Program-made: the position numbers and the translations under genes
Notes under the pieces: generated by a model
What the model saw: only the letters and a program-made list of their open reading frames with translations
What the model was told of the DNA's origin: nothing
Databases searched by the model: none
DNA from: Promethearchaeota archaeon
GTDB taxonomy: Archaea; Asgardarchaeota; Lokiarchaeia; Sigyniarchaeales; SOKP01
DNA: 13,373 nucleotides
Reading direction: 5' to 3'
Assembly: GCA_016926735.1 (NCBI GenBank)
Contig: JAFGOA010000015.1
Span: forward strand, 1 to 13,373
Part shown: in pieces, positions 7,646 to 13,373 of the stretch
Layout of the letters: each line of letters begins with the position of its first letter
Numbering within the stretch: position 1 is the first letter of the stretch

Positions 7646-9445
7646 ATGAATAAAAGTAGGACTTCTATAATTCGAATAATTCAATATTATTGTGAATTAA
7701 ACATAATAATTAATTTTTTAACGATTTGTTGTGTTTTAATTAATTATATCTGTATTCTAAGCTACTTTCTCTCTAATCTTTTTGGTTATATAATATTAAT
7801 AAGCTGGCTTTCTAATATCATTCTATTGATATTAATTGATAAATTTGTGATTAAAGAAAGAGACATTAAAATTAAGTTAAATAAATCATCATATCAATTT
7901 CTTATTACATTTTTTCTAGGTATTTTTTTAATTATTGGAAGTATTACTATTTCAAATCTAATCATTACTGGAATATCATTTACAATTTGGATTTTCATTT
8001 CAAATATGCTTCAAATTATTGGATTCTTGATTATTTCTATTTTTAGCATCAAACTGTCCTATGAATCTATTTTATTCACATCAAAAGATAAAATTGTTAA
8101 AGAAATTATCGATAATTTTAATATTCAATCTAAAGGAAAAAAAATAGTAAAATTATTCTGCTTTATAATTGGTGTTTCGGGAATCTATTTTGTTATTATC
8201 CTCTTATTACCTTTAGAATTCCTTTCTCCAGAATTAGCTATGATAATACCTCAAGTTTCTGTATTTTTGATTTTCCTTTTTATAATAAATTCATTAATTC
8301 TATTCAAATTGATTCCAAAAGATAGAAATAAAATTGAATATAAGAAAAATTCATTTTTTAAAATTAAATCGTTGACAAATAGAAAACGTTATAGACAAGG
8401 GTTATTATCTATGGGATTTATTTTGTCTTTTTTTTTTACATTACCTCTTTTATCAACTCCATTTTCCATTATACATGCTGAAAAAGAGTTTAATGATGTT
8501 TATGGTGAAAATTGGAGGGAACTCATACCTTCAAATTTTAACTCTTTCTTTTTAGAATCTCAATTCAATATGTACAGTTATTTCATGGGAATTCCTCATA
8601 AAGAATGTAATATTATATTAGATACGTTATATTATGAAAACAATAATACTAAATTATTTTTTGATGTATATTTTCCAAAAGGATTAGGTGAAGAACTCCC
8701 TGGAAATAATTCAATTATAATTAAGATTCATGGTGGTGCTTGGAAAATAGGAGATAAAGGAATATTAAATAATCCCGTTATTAGTAAGTATTTAGCTAAC
8801 CAAGGATATATTGTTTTTGATATTCAATATGGACTTATGGCTTTTCAAAACATAAATTTAGATCTAACTCCAGAATATGTTAAAGGAAATTTTACCCTTC
8901 ATGATATGATTTTTCAAATAGGGTATTTTACTAAACAACTTGAATCAACATATGCAACAGAGTATAATGGAAATTTAAATTCTGTTTTTATCATGGGAAG
9001 TTCAGCAGGAGGCCATCTAGCCAGTATTGTAGGTCTTGGTTATGATGATCCTTATTTTGCAGGCAACTTTTCAAGCGCAATCACATTAAAAGGGATAATT
9101 CCTCTTTATCCCCCAAATTCCGCTAACTATTATTTTAACAGATATGAATATAAAAATTTAATACCTGGTGATCCAATCACAAATCCACTTGCTTATCAAA
9201 AATTCACTCCAAGCAATTTAGTTTCTCTTAATGATCCATCTGTATTAATCTATCAAGGTACTCAAGACAGATTAGTTCCTCCAATAAATTCAGAACAAAT
9301 TGAAAATGCTCTTGAAGATATTGGAAAAGATTGCATCAGACTTATGTTTCCTTTTGCTACTCATTGTAATGATTTCTTAACAAATAACAATTTTGCTCAA
9401 GTTTGGTTATATTATTTAGAGCGATTTTTATATTTAAGTAGATAA
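7646..9445 (+). CDS. Multi-TM membrane-anchored alpha/beta hydrolase (HSL-type esterase/lipase)
   Basis: About 7 hydrophobic segments in the first ~275 aa, then HGGAW oxyanion motif, GSSAGG nucleophile, QGTQDRLVP (Asp) and ATH (His). Confidence 0.88.
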   Translation: MNKSRTSIIRIIQYYCELNIIINFLTICCVLINYICILSYFLSNLFGYIILISWLSNIILLILIDKFVIKERDIKIKLNKSSYQFLITFFLGIFLIIGSITISNLIITGISFTIWIFISNMLQIIGFLIISIFSIKLSYESILFTSKDKIVKEIIDNFNIQSKGKKIVKLFCFIIGVSGIYFVIILLLPLEFLSPELAMIIPQVSVFLIFLFIINSLILFKLIPKDRNKIEYKKNSFFKIKSLTNRKRYRQGLLSMGFILSFFFTLPLLSTPFSIIHAEKEFNDVYGENWRELIPSNFNSFFLESQFNMYSYFMGIPHKECNIILDTLYYENNNTKLFFDVYFPKGLGEELPGNNSIIIKIHGGAWKIGDKGILNNPVISKYLANQGYIVFDIQYGLMAFQNINLDLTPEYVKGNFTLHDMIFQIGYFTKQLESTYATEYNGNLNSVFIMGSSAGGHLASIVGLGYDDPYFAGNFSSAITLKGIIPLYPPNSANYYFNRYEYKNLIPGDPITNPLAYQKFTPSNLVSLNDPSVLIYQGTQDRLVPPINSEQIENALEDIGKDCIRLMFPFATHCNDFLTNNNFAQVWLYYLERFLYLSR

Positions 9446-9498
9446 TTAAATCTTTATTAATTATGAATATTAATTTTAAGAATAAAATGAGATAATAA

Positions 9499-10461
9499 TT
9501 GAATATAAGTAAAAAACAGCAAGGATATATTATTTTATTGATAGCTGTATTTTCTTGGTCATTTAGTGAAATTATAGTTAAACTCCTACATAGCAATATA
9601 GGAGTATTAACATTATCTGTTTTTAGATTTTTTATTGGGAGTCTATTCTTACTCTCAATTTTAATAATAAGAAAAGATTTTGTGGGGTTAAAAAAAATTA
9701 TTTTGAATAATCTTCCTATTTTTCTTATTTCAAGCTGTTTTGCTCTAGGATTTTCAAATTTTATATATTTTTTAGGAATCACTTATACAGAAGCAAATAT
9801 AGGTGCTGCAATATATACAACTTACCCAATTTGGATTACGATTTATTCAATATTTATTCTTAATGAAAAAGACAATCTGAAATTTAAATTTCTTGGGATA
9901 TTTTTTGGTGTAATAGGTACGATTATATTAATCACTAAATTTAATTTTTCAGGATTTATCTCGACCGAATATCTAATTGGTAATCTCTTAGTTCTATTGG
10001 GATCTATAATTTGGAGCTTATATTCTGTTTTAGGAAAAAAAATCCAGTTTTCCAATGATGAAATCACTAATTATTCAATAAAATTTGCTATGCTTTCCTC
10101 CTTATTTGCTTGTATTCCATTAATATTGTTCTTAATTTTTTCTCCTGAATTAAAATATTTTTTCAACTATCACCCAGATGAGTGGTTTTGGGTATTATTT
10201 CTTGGGATAATCTGTACCGGTGTCGGTATTTGGTTATTATTTGAAGGTATTTCTTGTCTTGAAGTCTCAAAGGGGATGTCTTTTGCTTTTTTCAAACCTA
10301 TTTTTGCTACAATTTTATCATTTTTTATTTTATCTGAACTTCCCTCACCAATTTTAATCATTTCAATTATAATTATTATAGTATCTATTTTTTTGATTAA
10401 TAAAAATCCAAAAAATCAACATCGATTATTTTATATAATATCTCAGGATCGAAGCAATTGA
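9499..10461 (+). CDS. EamA/DMT family transporter
   Basis: About 10 TM helices in two repeats, with motifs WSFS..IVK, FRF, AAIYTTYPIW...FILNEK, GNLLVLLGSIIWSLYSVLGKK, KPIFATILSFFILSE. TTG start. Confidence 0.9.
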   Translation: MNISKKQQGYIILLIAVFSWSFSEIIVKLLHSNIGVLTLSVFRFFIGSLFLLSILIIRKDFVGLKKIILNNLPIFLISSCFALGFSNFIYFLGITYTEANIGAAIYTTYPIWITIYSIFILNEKDNLKFKFLGIFFGVIGTIILITKFNFSGFISTEYLIGNLLVLLGSIIWSLYSVLGKKIQFSNDEITNYSIKFAMLSSLFACIPLILFLIFSPELKYFFNYHPDEWFWVLFLGIICTGVGIWLLFEGISCLEVSKGMSFAFFKPIFATILSFFILSELPSPILIISIIIIIVSIFLINKNPKNQHRLFYIISQDRSN

Positions 10462-10859
10462 CCTATTTACTCAATTTTGAATCTTATAATAATATCAAAA
10501 GGGAAAAAAAAAACATAGTATAAATTCTTTTTTCTCAAGAATTTTCAACATTTTTTGATATTCATTGTTTTAATTCAATAAATAATATATTTCATGTATA
10601 TTCTATCATTTAAACGTAAATATGATATAATTATTTTATTCTTTCTAGAATTTCATCAATAAGGATGAAAATGAAAAAAAATTGAATATTTTTTCAGGAG
10701 TGTTTATTGAGACTAAAATTTTTTGTACAAAAATCAGAAAATTTTTGTTCGTTTCACTAAAAAGAACTTCGAAAATTATGTCGAATTTTTAATAGAACTG
10801 CTAATATTACTATTTTGGTATTAAATTAACTAACAGAGTTAGGGGTAAGGTATTAAATC

Positions 10860-11114
10860 ATGGAATTTTTTGAAAATTTTAGAGAAAATCTGGAAAATTC
10901 GGTAAAATGGGATTTAAAATGGTTAGAAGAGGAGTTTAAAATACTTTTTAAAGATAATCATTTATCAAATAGTACTAATGTAAATCTTTTAGCAAAAAGA
11001 ATTTTAGAGGTATTTGTTGATAATTTATGTATTAAAAATGATCAAAAAATTTTAGATCTTCTAGACGAAACAATAAGAAAAATCGATACGGACTTTCCCG
11101 GAGTTTTTATCTAG
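10860..11114 (+). CDS. Small helical hypothetical protein (84 aa)
   Basis: SD-like AGGGGT/AAGGT upstream and protein-like amphipathic composition. No family recognised. Confidence 0.6.
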   Translation: MEFFENFRENLENSVKWDLKWLEEEFKILFKDNHLSNSTNVNLLAKRILEVFVDNLCIKNDQKILDLLDETIRKIDTDFPGVFI

Positions 11115-11331
11115 AATAATCCTCGATCTAAAAAAAAAATTCATTTTTTGTACAATATCTCGAAATCTTTAAGAATTAAATAAAAAGATATTTTTTATTT
11201 CTTATTCTCTTAAACTTTGTAAATAAGGACTTTGTAGAGATAATTTTTATATAAATATATTTATTAGTATCTAATATATTTGTTAGAATTAGTGGATTTA
11301 ATTTTTAATACAATAAGATTATTTTAAAGTA

Positions 11332-12432
11332 ATGGAAAGAATTGTAATTGTGCATTGGAACAAAAGTACAGGACCACAGACATTAATACAATATCCTCCA
11401 GAAAAAGAAACTCTACCTAAAGAACTTTTTCTGAAAATTTGGACAATCCATGAATTAAATAAACAAGATAAAATGATTCAATTTACTCCAGATATTATGA
11501 ACACACAATTCATTTCAATTCTTCATAAATACGAAGGTGAGATTTATTTCTTAATCTTAGCTTATAACAAAAAAGATAATATTGAAAATATAGTCAATGA
11601 TTATCCTGATATTTTAGCTAATATTGGAAAAAATCTTATAGATTTAATCAATACAAATAATATAACAAGGGCTATTTCAGAAGCTTTCAATACAATTAAA
11701 AACTATTCTAAATTAGATAAAGAAGAAAATTTATTAAACTTTTTTAAAGATAAAATAAAACATACTATATTAAAGATAATGAGAAATGGAGTAATATCAA
11801 AGACAAAATTAAAAAATATTCTAAAGAATGAATATGGTTTTTCAACAATAAATCTTGATCTTATATTAATGTCTTATATAAGAGAACATTTAATAATAAA
11901 AGAAAACATCCCAGGAAGTAAGGACTGCTACCTTTTAATTAACGATTTAATCTACATGCGATTACCGCCTCAAAACAGTTATAAAACATTAGATAACGTT
12001 GACACAGATAATAAAAATGAAATTTATAATAAATATTTGGAAGAATTAATGAAATTTTATGAGAAATATAATTGTATTCAAGAAAGTAGTAATCTTATGA
12101 TACTTAATTTTCTTTTTGATAAGCAAGTTTACTCACTTTTTAAGGAACTTAGATTAAATGCTTTAACAGTAAATCAATGTTTAAATATATTGAATAATAA
12201 TGAGGTTCTGTTTAATGATTTATTAGAGAATAAATTCATATTTGAGGCCAAAGGAATCGTATTACTTTTTACAGATTTACGATTCATGAGATGTTTTCCC
12301 CAATATCTCCTTAAAATACTTTTAATAAGATATCAGGAAAAAAGGATTACCACAAATGAATTCTTATCTCATTTGAAATTATTATCTAATAAACTAATAG
12401 AATCTCCAAATTTGATATATGAAATTATTTAG
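11332..12432 (+). CDS. Longin/uDENN-like N-terminal domain protein with probable C-terminal winged-helix-like domains
   Basis: N-terminal IVIVHWNKSTGPQTLIQYP matches the hhh-[FW]-x3/4-GP-xh-x2-YP start of longin/uDENN domains (NPRL2, FLCN, DENN). Later ILKIMRNGVISKTKLKNIL...LIIKE looks wHTH-like. Confidence 0.6.
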   Translation: MERIVIVHWNKSTGPQTLIQYPPEKETLPKELFLKIWTIHELNKQDKMIQFTPDIMNTQFISILHKYEGEIYFLILAYNKKDNIENIVNDYPDILANIGKNLIDLINTNNITRAISEAFNTIKNYSKLDKEENLLNFFKDKIKHTILKIMRNGVISKTKLKNILKNEYGFSTINLDLILMSYIREHLIIKENIPGSKDCYLLINDLIYMRLPPQNSYKTLDNVDTDNKNEIYNKYLEELMKFYEKYNCIQESSNLMILNFLFDKQVYSLFKELRLNALTVNQCLNILNNNEVLFNDLLENKFIFEAKGIVLLFTDLRFMRCFPQYLLKILLIRYQEKRITTNEFLSHLKLLSNKLIESPNLIYEII

Positions 12433-12452
12433 TTGATATTTTAGAGGATTAT

Positions 12453-13136
12453 TTATAATAATTTATCTAATTTGATATCAAATTCAAGATTTTTATCAAG
12501 GAATTTATTTTCTTTTCTAATTTTATATGATAATGTTCTTTTAGCACATTCATAAAAACTTTGATATATATTTTTTTCTTTATTAATTAATGCACAAGTT
12601 TCATATATTTTTGGATTTAAGACATAGGGATCATCTTCAGAACCTATCCATAATTTCTCCTGTTTTAAAATATTAATAAAATCAGCAGTTTTTATAGTAT
12701 TTTCTAAATCTTGTTTATTTAGCATAATTATTAGAGGTATCTCATGAATTAATTTATTTTTTGAAAGACTTTTTAATTCTTTTAAAAATTCTATATTCTC
12801 ATCTAAAAGATGTGATTGAGAATCAACAACAAAAATTATTCCATCTGATCCTTCAAATACTTTTTTCCTAAGTGCTGAGAAGCTTCTTTGACCTGAAACT
12901 GTATATGTCATATAAAAAATTTCCCTAGAGGAGGTTGATTGAAATAGTCCTCTATCAAAATATAGTGTAGAACCACTAGCTCTCTCGATTTTTGTAATTT
13001 CTCCCACAGGAGTAATATATTTTCCATTCTTTTTTGTTAGAGTATATAATGTGTCTAATATAGTTGTTTTACCTGAAGCATACATTCCCCAATAAAGAAT
13101 TTTGATATATGTTTTTCCTGATTTAATTGTAACCAT
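12453..13136 (-). CDS. MglA-like small P-loop GTPase (Ras superfamily)
   Basis: KILYWG and G1 GMYASGKTT, G2 STLYFD (MglA RTLFFD), atypical G3 YTVSGQ (MglA YTVPGQ), DGIIFVVDSQ, G4 NKQD, G5 TCA. Confidence 0.9.
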   Translation of the reverse strand: MVTIKSGKTYIKILYWGMYASGKTTILDTLYTLTKKNGKYITPVGEITKIERASGSTLYFDRGLFQSTSSREIFYMTYTVSGQRSFSALRKKVFEGSDGIIFVVDSQSHLLDENIEFLKELKSLSKNKLIHEIPLIIMLNKQDLENTIKTADFINILKQEKLWIGSEDDPYVLNPKIYETCALINKEKNIYQSFYECAKRTLSYKIRKENKFLDKNLEFDIKLDKLL

Positions 13137-13373
13137 TTAATAATATCTCTTTGAATGATATTTTGTCATAGATGAGCTCTAGCATAAATCTTTGATGTTT
13201 CAAGATTTTTTATGGAGTTCAATATTAAATATAATTTATATATTCCTTAAAATATCTTACGATAAGGATCAAATTTAAAAATCTACTTTATAAAATATAA
13301 TTTTTTTATAGCATATTTTGATCAAACTTATAAGTATTATCTGATAAAGAATTTTAAATTAAAAAATAATAAA

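Noticed and set aside
9357-10361. Three minus-strand ORFs (9357-9782, 9843-10067, 10170-10361)
   Set aside because: Antisense shadows of the hydrophobic EamA and esterase genes, with no recognisable motifs.
10695-10760. SD-like AGGAG followed by a TTG-started 17-codon ORF
   Set aside because: Too short and featureless to support; it overlaps the palindromic motif.
11214-11236. ACTTTGTA direct repeat with 15-bp spacing
   Set aside because: An 8-bp match in AT-rich DNA is compatible with chance.

Overview
Very AT-rich (roughly 25% GC by eye) prokaryotic chromosomal segment. The gene content points to an Asgard archaeon (Lokiarchaeia/Promethearchaeota-like); this is an inference from a tandem Roadblock/LC7 protein, a longin/uDENN-like protein, an MglA-like small GTPase and an archaeal-type SUI1. 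Other genes: 3' end of a probable COG2232 ATP-grasp protein, a coiled-coil/PLD-like protein, an extended SDR epimerase, a DUF5714 Cys-rich protein, a HisJ-type PHP phosphatase, an MBL hydrolase, a DedA/TVP38 protein, a membrane-anchored esterase and an EamA transporter. The supplied ORF track missed two + strand genes. The first is aIF1/SUI1 (5545-5862), which has no ATG/GTG/TTG start available and apparently begins at ATT, suggesting autoregulation of start-codon fidelity. The second is a 54-aa Trp-acidic microprotein (5190-5354) with a strong Shine-Dalgarno site. No RNA genes, CRISPR arrays or mobile elements were recognised.
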